Assembly (NCBI GenBank): GCA_033764955.1
Contig: JANRIL010000023.1
Location: forward strand, 64,001-128,000
Length of the DNA stretch: 64,000 nt
Reading direction: 5' to 3'
Origin: Cyanobacteriota bacterium
GTDB lineage: Bacteria > Cyanobacteriota > Cyanobacteriia > Thermostichales > Thermostichaceae
Shown: positions 39,496 to 48,353 of the stretch, in pieces
How the letters are laid out: every line of letters starts with the position of its first letter
Numbering within the stretch: the stretch's first letter is position 1
Program-made: the position numbers and the translations under genes
The notes under the pieces: generated by a model
Told to the model about the DNA's origin: nothing
What the model saw: only the letters and a program-made list of their open reading frames with translations
Database searches by the model: none

Positions 39496-40641
39496 ATGAT
39501 TTGGCAACGCCGACAATTCCTGACCCTGCTAGCCGGAGCGACCGCCGTGCTTGCCCTCAAGCCGAGCGTCTCGGCTCAATCCCGCAAAAGCCTGCTGGTC
39601 ATCGAACTAGCGGGGGGGAACGATGGTCTCAACACCTTCATTCCCTATGCGGATCCTCACTATCGGCAACTACGCCCCAACTTGGCTATCCCAGACGGGA
39701 TCCCCATTAGCTCTCAGGTGGCCTTACACCCCGCCCTAGCCGATTGGCAGCCCCTTTTCCAAACGGGAGTCATGGCTCTCATCCAAAACGTCGGCTACCC
39801 CAATCCTTCTCTCTCCCATTTTCGTGCCAAAGAAATCTGGCAAAGCGCCTCTACGGATCCCAGCCCAGATACAGGTTGGTTAGGTCGTTACTTAGAGGCC
39901 AGCCAAGCCACCACCCAGGATGGTGTTTTTTTGGGCAACGAATATCCCCTCGCCCTGATGGGATCCACTACCCGCTATCTTTATCTGGCTCCGAAGTTAG
40001 TGGTCAAAACGGATAATGCCTTTGGGCAGGCCATGCGCGCCCTTTATCAACAACCTCTGGCCGAACCCCTAGCCGAACAGGTGCGCCAAACGGTTTTAGA
40101 AAATCTAGAAGCTGTGCAAACTCTCACCCGCGATCTGGAGGAACAGGCGGATCAGCAGGGATATGCCCCAAGCCCGACAGGACGAAGTTTTGCCTTAGCC
40201 AGCCGACTGATTCAAGCGGGATCCCCGGTGGTTTATCTAACGATTGGCGGCTGGGATACCCATGTCAACCAACCTGTCCGCCAGCAGTCGTTGCTCAGTC
40301 AGCTAGCCTCCGGTCTGACTACCTTCTATCGCCACCTGCAACAACTAGGGAGGCAACAACAGGTTTTGGTGATGGTGCAGAGTGAGTTTGGTCGGCGGCC
40401 TGCCGAAAATGGAGCCAGAGGAACTGATCACGGCACGGCTGGAGTGGTGTTGTTAGTGGGAGAAGGGGTGAAAGGGGGCTTTTATGGGGGGGATCCCCAT
40501 CTGGACAGTCTGGAAAAGGGCAACCTACCAATTGTTGTAGATTTTCGCAGCCTCTACAGCGAGATTTTGGATCGATGGCTAACCATTGAGAGTAAGCAGG
40601 TGATAGCTGGGAGTTTCCCCGCTTTGGGAGTGCTGAGTTGA
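39496..40641 (+). CDS. DUF1501 family protein with Tat-like signal
   Basis: RRQFL, GGNDGLNT, YPNPSLSHF, GGWDTH, SEFGRR..ENG..GTDHG. Confidence 0.9.
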   Translation: MIWQRRQFLTLLAGATAVLALKPSVSAQSRKSLLVIELAGGNDGLNTFIPYADPHYRQLRPNLAIPDGIPISSQVALHPALADWQPLFQTGVMALIQNVGYPNPSLSHFRAKEIWQSASTDPSPDTGWLGRYLEASQATTQDGVFLGNEYPLALMGSTTRYLYLAPKLVVKTDNAFGQAMRALYQQPLAEPLAEQVRQTVLENLEAVQTLTRDLEEQADQQGYAPSPTGRSFALASRLIQAGSPVVYLTIGGWDTHVNQPVRQQSLLSQLASGLTTFYRHLQQLGRQQQVLVMVQSEFGRRPAENGARGTDHGTAGVVLLVGEGVKGGFYGGDPHLDSLEKGNLPIVVDFRSLYSEILDRWLTIESKQVIAGSFPALGVLS

Positions 40642-40782
40642 ACCCATAAAACGGGATCCCTGTTGCAGAAACTTCAGAGCTATGACTAGAGAAAGGGGTG
40701 GATCCGCTTTCTGTCATTCAGTTCATCCGCAATATTAAACAATTATGATTTTTTAGAAAGTTGCTTAATCGTAGGTAGCCTC

Positions 40783-41334
40783 ATGAGTATTTACCACTTA
40801 GTTCCTGATGCTAATAGGTATCAATCCTTAGTTGTAGGAAGTGGCAAGAGACTCAATGAAGTAAGTAAGTTTACTTTTGGAAATCCTGTATTAGAAACTT
40901 GGAAGCCAGTACAAGTCAGACTTGCTACTGATCTTGACAAACCTCCCCTACCAGTTAGTGATTTTCCAGGATTGAGTGGAATGCCTGCTTTTACGGAGAA
41001 AGCAGTAAATGCTCTGGGAGAAATACTTAGAATCAATGGGGAGCTATTGCCATTAGAAAGTGATGATGGAATATTTTATCTCTACAATACTACAACTATT
41101 ATAGATGCTCTTGACGAAGGAAAGTCAGACTTATCAAGGAATCAAAATGGTTTAGTTCGTTTTATTAAAAAACATCACTTTGTTCCACAAAAGATTTCAC
41201 AACTTACTATTTTTAGACCTATACAGCTTCCTGATTATAGCTATCCCTGTGTGACAGATCGATTTGTAGAGGTTGTCGAACAAGCTCAGCTAACAGGCTT
41301 TCTGTTTCGCAAGCTTTGGTCAAGTGATGAGTAG
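40783..41334 (+). CDS. Imm11/DUF1629-like immunity protein (Imm-1)
   Basis: SDFP...PAFTEKA...NGELLPL...YLYN.T..IDALDE.KS...IF...VTDRFV..V....LTGF.F..LW. Confidence 0.75.
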   Translation: MSIYHLVPDANRYQSLVVGSGKRLNEVSKFTFGNPVLETWKPVQVRLATDLDKPPLPVSDFPGLSGMPAFTEKAVNALGEILRINGELLPLESDDGIFYLYNTTTIIDALDEGKSDLSRNQNGLVRFIKKHHFVPQKISQLTIFRPIQLPDYSYPCVTDRFVEVVEQAQLTGFLFRKLWSSDE

Positions 41335-42638
41335 CGAGTTGCTTATTCAGTCCGCCACCACCGCCGCCTCCCAGCCCAACTCCCACTCCGGATCCTTGCC
41401 ATTCTGACCAAAGTAGACTTCACCTCTCTGAGGGCGAAAGCAAAACTAGTTCTGTTTCCCCACAAGCCTTTGCAACTGCTATTAACCAATTCTTGGCTCT
41501 TGCCAATCCCAATGGCTGTATCCTCACGACTATTGAAGTTTTTGGCTTGGTAGGATACTCCACGGCTCAGTTGTTAGCCTTGGTTGAGGAGTATATGACA
41601 CCTGAGCAACTAGCTGCTTTTGCCGCTGCTCTAGAAGAGATTTATAACCAACCCGATCCGTTACCTTCTCCCAGCCCGACTCCCACACCTACTCCGGATC
41701 CTCCCCCAACTCCGGATCCCACTCCCTCCGCTTGTCCTTCTCCCTCTCCTAGTCCTTCACCGGATCCCAAAGTTGACGATAAGATTCCTGTCAAGGTTGT
41801 GGTGCATGACTATCAACAATTTACGATGAAGCTTAATGATAATGGTCATCATACTTCTGATGGTGATTCCGTTACTATTACCGTTGAACCTACTGGATAT
41901 ACTCTTAGTCCTGCTACAGGTGAGCAAGATTCTGTTAATTTATCGGCTCAAGATAAATCAAGTGTATTTGATCTCCAGTCAGTTGAGAACAAAGTCACCA
42001 TTGAGGGATTATCCGAGGGAGAATATCCGCCAGCTACCCTAGAATTTAAGATAGAAAAAGTAGAACTAGAACCGACTCCTGCTCCTGGATCTAGTCAATC
42101 GGTTAGCCTTACTACGTTTGAAGGGAGTGTTTTATTGAGTGCTAACCAGAATATTACCTTTGAAGTGGAGTGTCGTCGTCCTCCGGCTAGAGGCAGCGAC
42201 GATCCAGCTAAGCTAGCTAGAAATATGGAGAAAGGAGTACACATAAATTTATCTGGAAATGTGTTTTCAGAGCCATTTGGATATTATGGGCAAAGGATGC
42301 CATGTGGTACGACAGCTCATCATATAGTGCCGAAAGGAAACTTTAGCGGTAGTCCGGTGATGAGTGAAGCAGTACAAGCGTCTAGAGAGATTCTGGCTCA
42401 GTTTGATATTCACATTAACAGTGCATCAAACGGAGTGGTTTTGCCACAGAATGATAGTATTCCAGTGCCAGGAACACCTCATAATCAATCTCCAGGGCTT
42501 CATACGAACACTTATGTTCAGGAAGTTAGAAGGAGATTAGAAGCAGCAGCAAACAAATCAGGAGCAACAACATTATCAATACAGACTGAATTAAATCAAA
42601 TACGACAAGAGCTTATTGCAAAAACATTTCCCCATTGA
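41331..42638 (+). CDS. orphan toxin tip 1: Pro linkers + beta module + AHH nuclease
   Basis: Frame open from 41331 (first ATG 41595; TTG 41493); MPCGTTAHHIVP...INSASNGVVLP...HNQSPGLHTNTYVQEVRRRL. Confidence 0.8.
   Translation, partial: VASCLFSPPPPPPPSPTPTPDPCHSDQSRLHLSEGESKTSSVSPQAFATAINQFLALANPNGCILTTIEVFGLVGYSTAQLLALVEEYMTPEQLAAFAAALEEIYNQPDPLPSPSPTPTPTPDPPPTPDPTPSACPSPSPSPSPDPKVDDKIPVKVVVHDYQQFTMKLNDNGHHTSDGDSVTITVEPTGYTLSPATGEQDSVNLSAQDKSSVFDLQSVENKVTIEGLSEGEYPPATLEFKIEKVELEPTPAPGSSQSVSLTTFEGSVLLSANQNITFEVECRRPPARGSDDPAKLARNMEKGVHINLSGNVFSEPFGYYGQRMPCGTTAHHIVPKGNFSGSPVMSEAVQASREILAQFDIHINSASNGVVLPQNDSIPVPGTPHNQSPGLHTNTYVQEVRRRLEAAANKSGATTLSIQTELNQIRQELIAKTFPH
41715..41789 (+). repeat. 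75-bp Pro-linker repeat (copies at 44938-45012, 49000-49074; partial at 43288-43326)
   Basis: GATCCCACTCCCTCCGCTTGTCCTTCTCCCTCTCCTAGTCCTTCACCGGATCCCAAAGTTGACGATAAGATTCCT, identical in copy 2, one mismatch in copy 3. Confidence 0.95.
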
Positions 42639-42647
42639 GGCTGAAGC

Positions 42648-43199
42648 ATGAATATTTACCATTTAGTTCCTGATGCTAATAGGTATCAATCCTTAGTCGT
42701 AGGGAGTGGAAAGAGACTCAGAGAAGTAAGTAAGTTTACCTTTGGAAATCCTGTATTAGAGATTTGGAAGCCAGTGCAAGTCAGACTTGCTACTGATCTT
42801 GACAAACCTCCCCTACCAATTAGTGATTTTCCAGGGTTGAGTGGAATGCCTGCTTTCACAGGGAAAGCAATCGAATCTTTAGGAGAAATGCTTAGGATGA
42901 ATGGGGAGCTATTGCCGTTAGAAAGTGATGATGGAATATTTTATCTCTACAACACTACAACTATTGTTGATACACTTGATGAAGACAAATCAGACTTATT
43001 AAGGGATGAAAATGGTGGAATTCTTCATATTAAGAAACATTGCTTCATTCCTCAAAAGGTTGTAGAACTTACCATTTTTAAGACTGTGCAAATTCCTCAT
43101 GATAGCTATCCCTGTGTGACGGATCAATTTGTTAATGCTGTTGAACAGGCTCAATTAACGGGATTTGTGTTCCGCAAGCTTTGGTCAAGTGATGAGTAG
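42648..43199 (+). CDS. Imm11-like immunity protein (Imm-2), probable cognate of tip 1
   Basis: 9 nt after tip 1 stop; about 81% identical to Imm-1 by manual count. Confidence 0.8.
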   Translation: MNIYHLVPDANRYQSLVVGSGKRLREVSKFTFGNPVLEIWKPVQVRLATDLDKPPLPISDFPGLSGMPAFTGKAIESLGEMLRMNGELLPLESDDGIFYLYNTTTIVDTLDEDKSDLLRDENGGILHIKKHCFIPQKVVELTIFKTVQIPHDSYPCVTDQFVNAVEQAQLTGFVFRKLWSSDE

Positions 43200-43221
43200 T
43201 GAGTTGCAGGCAAATCAGTGA

Positions 43222-44175
43222 TTGTTCTTCATTGCCAGATCTAACTCACCCAGCCCAACTCCTACTTTCGATCCGACTCCTCCCCCAGATCCCACTCCCT
43301 CCGCTTGTCCTTCTCCCTCTCCTAGCCCTGACCTAAAGGATCCTGTTCCGTTTGCCTTTAAGTCTGCCGAAAGAGTTGTCTTGAAAGATGATATTTATTC
43401 CCTGAATATGAACTTTGAAGATAACGGATATCATCAAGATCAAGATCGCATCAAGATAACTATCGAATCTGCCGGATCTTTTAACCCTTCTACACCTGAT
43501 ATTGCAGCTCAACCTGCGCTTCCTCCTATCCATCTCACAGTCACTTTAGGAAATTCAGAGAAAATTGATTTGCCAGGATTTATCAATGATGTCACAATCG
43601 AGGCGATGGATTTAGGGAGCTATTCTGATGCTGCTACCCTCAACCTTTTGTTTAATAATTATGACCCAACAGGAGGGAGTATTAGTAGTTATAGTCAGTT
43701 CGAGTCATTGAGTGCCAATCTGCCAATGCTAGAGCTGGGTCAAAAGTATCAATTTAATTTGGAATGCAGGAGATTATTTTATACTTCCAGCAGTAACTCT
43801 GACCAACTGGCAAGGGCATTAGAAGCTGTTTATGGGGATATGCCCTGTGGCACAAGACCTCATCATATTGTGGCTGCAACGGCAACAGCAGCGAAATTAG
43901 CCCAGGATATTCTGAGAGATTATAGTATTGGCATCAATAGTGCTGAGAATGGAGTGATGTTGCCTGCTAATAGTGAGGTAGCGAAGCGTGTGCCAGGTGC
44001 TATCCACAATGGTGGGCATAGTGGTGATTATTATAGATCTGTTAACAATCGACTGAGAATAGCTAGAGATCAAGCACTTAGCAGCAATAACGATTACCAG
44101 CAGATTAGAGGGAAAATAATTGATGAACTAAGAGAAATTGCTAACGATCTAGTTGATGGAAGCCTACCATTGTAA
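43222..44175 (+). CDS. orphan toxin tip 2: Pro linker + beta module + AHH-type nuclease
   Basis: MPCGTRPHHIVA...INSAENGVMLP...HNGGHSGDYYRSVNNRL; only a TTG directly after an in-frame TGA. Confidence 0.8.
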   Translation: MFFIARSNSPSPTPTFDPTPPPDPTPSACPSPSPSPDLKDPVPFAFKSAERVVLKDDIYSLNMNFEDNGYHQDQDRIKITIESAGSFNPSTPDIAAQPALPPIHLTVTLGNSEKIDLPGFINDVTIEAMDLGSYSDAATLNLLFNNYDPTGGSISSYSQFESLSANLPMLELGQKYQFNLECRRLFYTSSSNSDQLARALEAVYGDMPCGTRPHHIVAATATAAKLAQDILRDYSIGINSAENGVMLPANSEVAKRVPGAIHNGGHSGDYYRSVNNRLRIARDQALSSNNDYQQIRGKIIDELREIANDLVDGSLPL

Positions 44176-44211
44176 AACCAAATCTCTAACAAAGACACAG
44201 AAGAGAAGCAA

Positions 44212-44850
44212 ATGAATATCTATATTCTTGACCAAGATGTAAATCCTTACAACTTGCTTAATCTTGAATCAAGTGATTCCAGAAGAATTACTGCTAACAA
44301 CAGAGAGAGAAAATGGCTCCATAAAAAGCCAATTAAGCATGAATGGATTCCTTGCAAAGCTTATTGGGTAACTGATGAAAAACCTAAAAAGTATCCTCTT
44401 TCAGACTTTCCCGGCTGTACAGCATTTCTAGCCTTCAGTCAGAAAGCAGTAAATGTATTAGAAGACCTGCTCATTCCAAGTGGTGAATTATTACCCATCA
44501 TTACCGAAGATGGAACCTATTACTGCTACAACGTAACTAACTTTGTGGATGCTCTGGATACAGAAAACTCTGAGTTTGATTATTACTATACTGCTGAGGA
44601 AGCTAAATTGCTAGCTCCTGGTTCTTATGGCTATTTAAGGACTAAGGGATTATTAACTGATCGTAGCCTTGGTCATATCATAAATTACAAGTTTCATCTT
44701 GATTTAGTCAAGAATCAAACTGTTTTCAGAATGAATTTATATCACTCAAAAGCTGGTTTGCTTTATGTGTCAGACATATTTGTTGAGCGGATCCAAGAGC
44801 ATGGGTTGTTGGGGTTTGCTCCCAAGTTAGTTTGGTCAAGTGATGAGTAG
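44212..44850 (+). CDS. divergent Imm11-like immunity protein (Imm-3), probable cognate of tip 2
   Basis: SDFPG...AFSQKAV..L...L..SGELLPI...YCYNVTNFVDALD..NS...YVSDIFVERI....L.GF...LVWSSDE. Confidence 0.75.
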   Translation: MNIYILDQDVNPYNLLNLESSDSRRITANNRERKWLHKKPIKHEWIPCKAYWVTDEKPKKYPLSDFPGCTAFLAFSQKAVNVLEDLLIPSGELLPIITEDGTYYCYNVTNFVDALDTENSEFDYYYTAEEAKLLAPGSYGYLRTKGLLTDRSLGHIINYKFHLDLVKNQTVFRMNLYHSKAGLLYVSDIFVERIQEHGLLGFAPKLVWSSDE

Positions 44851-45801
44851 CGAGCTGCTTATTTCAGTTCGCCTCCTTCACGCAGTCTAACTCCCACACC
44901 TACTCCGGATCCTCCCCCAACTCCGGATCCTCCCCCAGATCCCACTCCCTCCGCTTGTCCTTCTCCCTCTCCTAGTCCTTCACCGGATCCCAAAGTTGAC
45001 GATAAGATTCCTCCCTCCAGCATTGTCATTAGTTCCAATGAATATTTGCTTGAAAATGAGTTGTGGGATAATGGACATTATCCTGATGATGGAGACAGAG
45101 TTAGCATCACTGTTACACCTCTCCTGAATAAGCAAAATGGAGTCACTATCAACTCTCCATACCCACAAGTCGAAACTACCCAATCAAGCCAATTGCTTTG
45201 GGATCAGGGAACCGTAGCAAACCAGCCTCTTCAACTCAGAGCAGTTTTCAGTAAGATAAAGATTGAGGTAGCTTCTGAGGGGACTTATCCGCCTGCCACT
45301 ATGGGTTTTCAACTGCTGAACAGTATTTCTCCATCCTCAGCTACTGTTTGGAGTAGTCTTCTTGGAAGTGACGGTCAAGCCAATCAATTTATAGAATTTG
45401 AGGTGGAATGTCGGATATCACCCACTAATCGCCTAGCCCAAAACATTCAACAAGGGAGCCATTTACCTGAAGCGCCTCCCCCAACCTTTCAACCATGTGA
45501 TACTCAGACGCATCATATCGTAGAGCAAAATGATCTTTGTGCTCAGCAAGCACGAGATGTATTAGATAGCTATCAAATCAGCATTGATGATGCAGTGAAT
45601 GGAGTTTTCTTACCTGGGAGAAGAGAGTCCTATGCTCCTGGCCCATATCATCAAACTGTTCATACGGACAAATATATTGATACAGTAAATGAACTCTTAC
45701 AAATAGCAAAAACCAATAATAAACCAGTTAATGAAATAGTTCAAATCCTCAATGGATTAAGAGCTAGACTTCTGAACCATGATTCAACCCTATGGCTTTA
45801 G
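44851..45801 (+). CDS. orphan toxin tip 3: Pro linker + beta module + AHH-type nuclease
   Basis: Frame open from 44851 (track starts at TTG 45046); QPCDTQTHHIVE...IDDAVNGVFLP...HQTVHTDKYIDTVNELL. Confidence 0.8.
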   Translation, partial: RAAYFSSPPSRSLTPTPTPDPPPTPDPPPDPTPSACPSPSPSPSPDPKVDDKIPPSSIVISSNEYLLENELWDNGHYPDDGDRVSITVTPLLNKQNGVTINSPYPQVETTQSSQLLWDQGTVANQPLQLRAVFSKIKIEVASEGTYPPATMGFQLLNSISPSSATVWSSLLGSDGQANQFIEFEVECRISPTNRLAQNIQQGSHLPEAPPPTFQPCDTQTHHIVEQNDLCAQQARDVLDSYQISIDDAVNGVFLPGRRESYAPGPYHQTVHTDKYIDTVNELLQIAKTNNKPVNEIVQILNGLRARLLNHDSTLWL

Positions 45802-45805
45802 GCTT

Positions 45806-46351
45806 ATGAACATATACCATCTTGATATTGATAATGAGGGCGTCATGTTTCATTTTACGGATCCCAAACAATCCAAGAAACTGCTGGAAAATGGATGGAC
45901 GGAAGACAAATCAATTCAAGATACTTGGAATCCAGCCCATATTTCTATGTCAAAAAGACAAAGAGGTAAAATCCCAGGAGACCGTGCTACTATTTATGGA
46001 ACTATTCCAGTTTTTAGTGATTTAGCAGTTAAGGTTTTAGGCAGTTTCTTATTAGAGAGTGGAGAGCTTTTACCGCTGCAACCATGTTTTGGCACATATT
46101 TTGTTTATCACTTTACCTCGTCTTGTGATTGCCTAGATGAACGAAACTCTGAGTTTAGAACACTCCCTTCTGGATCACCAATAGAAATCATAAAACATTC
46201 ATTCTTCCCAAGTAAAATAGGTGATTTACAAGTTTTTAGGGTTCCTCATAAAAAATTTAAGATTTTCGTTCGCGATCAATTTGTCGAGTTAGTTCGCCAA
46301 CACCATTTAACAGGATTTAAGTTTGATAAAGTTTGGTCATCCTCTTCTTAG
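45806..46351 (+). CDS. Imm11-like immunity protein (Imm-4), probable cognate of tip 3
   Basis: MNIYHL start 4 nt after tip 3 stop; PVFSDLAV...SGELLPL...DCLDERNS...FVRDQFV..V....LTGFKF. Confidence 0.75.
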   Translation: MNIYHLDIDNEGVMFHFTDPKQSKKLLENGWTEDKSIQDTWNPAHISMSKRQRGKIPGDRATIYGTIPVFSDLAVKVLGSFLLESGELLPLQPCFGTYFVYHFTSSCDCLDERNSEFRTLPSGSPIEIIKHSFFPSKIGDLQVFRVPHKKFKIFVRDQFVELVRQHHLTGFKFDKVWSSSS

Positions 46352-46444
46352 ACACTCCAAAGCTCCTATCAGAGAAATGAAGAGTTAAACAATATAAGAA
46401 CAGGTTAAAATCAGATATATTTTCTCTTAATTAGGTCAAAGTGA

Positions 46445-46978
46445 ATGAATGTGTACGAACTTTATCCAGATGCCAATCAATTTCGGGGTTTCACTGTGGT
46501 AAAAACAGAGAACTTAAGTCTTGAGAGTTGCTTCTTTAGAGGAACCCCACTCCTAAATTCATGGCACTCACTTCATATAGAACCAGTCGAGCAGCATGTC
46601 ATTGAAAGCAGGAAATTGAGTGACTTTCCTGCTTTTTTTTCAATGATCTGTCCTGTATTTAGTAAAGCATCTGTTGATGTTTTACAAGATATTCTTTTAG
46701 AGAACGGAGAGGTACTACCTTTAATTTCCTCAATTGGCAATTATTTTGCTTATAATATCACTTGTATAGCTGATGTATTAGATGCTGAAAGTTCGATTAT
46801 AAGAAATAAAAATATCGAAAAACATGTATTTCATTCTAATAAAATTAGATCATTGAAAATATTTAAGATTCCGCAAACTATTTTAGTTAGAGCTTATGTG
46901 ACTGATGAATTTGTTGATCGAGTCAGTGTGGCTAAACTTACTGGATTCAAATTTAGATTTCTTTGGGCTGATTCATAA
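46445..46978 (+). CDS. orphan Imm11-like immunity protein (Imm-5)
   Basis: MNVYEL.PDAN, SDFP...PVFSKASV...NGEVLPL...YN.T...DVLD..SS...YVTDEFVDRV....LTGFKF. Confidence 0.75.
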   Translation: MNVYELYPDANQFRGFTVVKTENLSLESCFFRGTPLLNSWHSLHIEPVEQHVIESRKLSDFPAFFSMICPVFSKASVDVLQDILLENGEVLPLISSIGNYFAYNITCIADVLDAESSIIRNKNIEKHVFHSNKIRSLKIFKIPQTILVRAYVTDEFVDRVSVAKLTGFKFRFLWADS

Positions 46979-47097
46979 CTAATATTTCGATTGCAATCCT
47001 TCCTCGAACCACGAGATCTTGGGATTCTCAAGCTAAATTGGAACGGCTATAACTATCGATCATTTATCAACAACTACCAATTTTTCGAGGTGCCTAA

Positions 47098-48231
47098 ATG
47101 TATAACTGGATGTCAAAGAAAATTGGACAGGCAAAGCAAATTGCTAGCAAATATGACATCGAATGGTCATTTGTTTTTGAGCCTCCGGCTAGTTTGGAGC
47201 AAATTAATGATCATGAACTTTCACTAGATATTGTATTTCCACCAAGTTATCGAGAGTTCTTAATGTTACATAATGGTATGACGTTGTTCCTATCAGAAAA
47301 TTACTCAACAGCCATCAAGATATATGGACTTTCCGAGATAAAAAGATCTGAAAATCAATCAATCTTTGTTTTTTCTGACGACACTAATCGAGAATTTCAC
47401 TCAGGATTTCATATTAGCAAGGAACACTATGAGAGTAAAATAGTGAAATGCTATTATGACTATCCGTATGAAGATTGGCCTTTCCTAGTTATTGCTAATT
47501 CATTTGATCAATGGTTAAAGAGAATATTTAATGCTGTTACCTTTTGGGAGATAGACCCTAAATACTGGTTAACAGCCTACCAATATTCGGGATGGAGTCA
47601 AGATAATATCCTCCGGGTCTCAAAAAATAGATTTCTCGAATATTTATCTGAATCTTCTCAAGAAAGTCAGATCATCAAAGATTTAGTTTGCCGTGGAAAT
47701 CAGAAGAGACTGGAAAAAGATTTTCATAGCGCAATCGAATATTTTAATCGAGCAATAAACATTGATCCATTTAATTACTCTTATTTTTCTTCTCGTGGTT
47801 ATCTGCTTTTTCAAGCTAATCAGATTGAAAAAGCTCTAAGTGATTATAATTATAGCATTAGTAATTACCCTATGCCTTCTGACTATAAATATCGAGGGGT
47901 TATTCGTCATCAACTCGGTGACTTATGGGGTGCAGCACAGGATTTTACTTGTGCGATAGAGCATTATTGGACATGGACTAGTTATGACTTAGGAGATCCA
48001 TCCATTATTGCTGATATTTATTGTTTGCGTGCTCAGGTGCTTGTCAAAGTGAATAGAGGGATAGGAGCAGTGGAAGATTTAAAAAATGCTGCTATTATTT
48101 ACGATCACTGTCATAGAAGCTCTGAATATGAAGCTACTATTATCAAAATTAAGGAGATCCATCTGGATTGGGATGAAGCTGAGATTGCGGAAGTTGAAGA
48201 TTGGCTTAAACACCAGTTGCAACGATTTTGA
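47098..48231 (+). CDS. SMI1/KNR4 (SUKH) immunity domain fused to TPR repeats
   Basis: PPASLEQINDHELSLDIVFPPSYREFLMLHNG...IANSFDQWL; C-terminal RG...AIEYFNRAINIDP...SRG...ALSDYN TPRs. Confidence 0.85.
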   Translation: MYNWMSKKIGQAKQIASKYDIEWSFVFEPPASLEQINDHELSLDIVFPPSYREFLMLHNGMTLFLSENYSTAIKIYGLSEIKRSENQSIFVFSDDTNREFHSGFHISKEHYESKIVKCYYDYPYEDWPFLVIANSFDQWLKRIFNAVTFWEIDPKYWLTAYQYSGWSQDNILRVSKNRFLEYLSESSQESQIIKDLVCRGNQKRLEKDFHSAIEYFNRAINIDPFNYSYFSSRGYLLFQANQIEKALSDYNYSISNYPMPSDYKYRGVIRHQLGDLWGAAQDFTCAIEHYWTWTSYDLGDPSIIADIYCLRAQVLVKVNRGIGAVEDLKNAAIIYDHCHRSSEYEATIIKIKEIHLDWDEAEIAEVEDWLKHQLQRF

Positions 48232-48257
48232 GACAAGACTTTAGTCAGTCAACCAGC

Positions 48258-48344
48258 AGCAACAACATTATCAATACAGAATTAATACAGACTCAATTAA
48301 ATCAAATACAACAAGAACTAATTGCAAAAACATTTCCGCATTAA
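48258..48344 (+). pseudogene. remnant of a tip-1-like toxin 3' end
   Basis: AGCAACAACATTATCAATACAGA...AATTAAATCAAATAC.ACAAGA..T.ATTGCAAAAACATTTCC.CATT closely matches ~42563-42638. Confidence 0.85.
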
Positions 48345-48353
48345 GGCTGGAGC

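Noticed and set aside
38211..40641. DUF1800/DUF1501 pair as the delivery system for the toxin array
   Set aside because: Host-like composition with many GGGATCCC sites and a widespread gene pair; adjacency is probably just the insertion site
46991..47227. 78-aa ORF overlapping the SUKH gene, possible toxin remnant
   Set aside because: TTG start, large overlap and no recognisable motif
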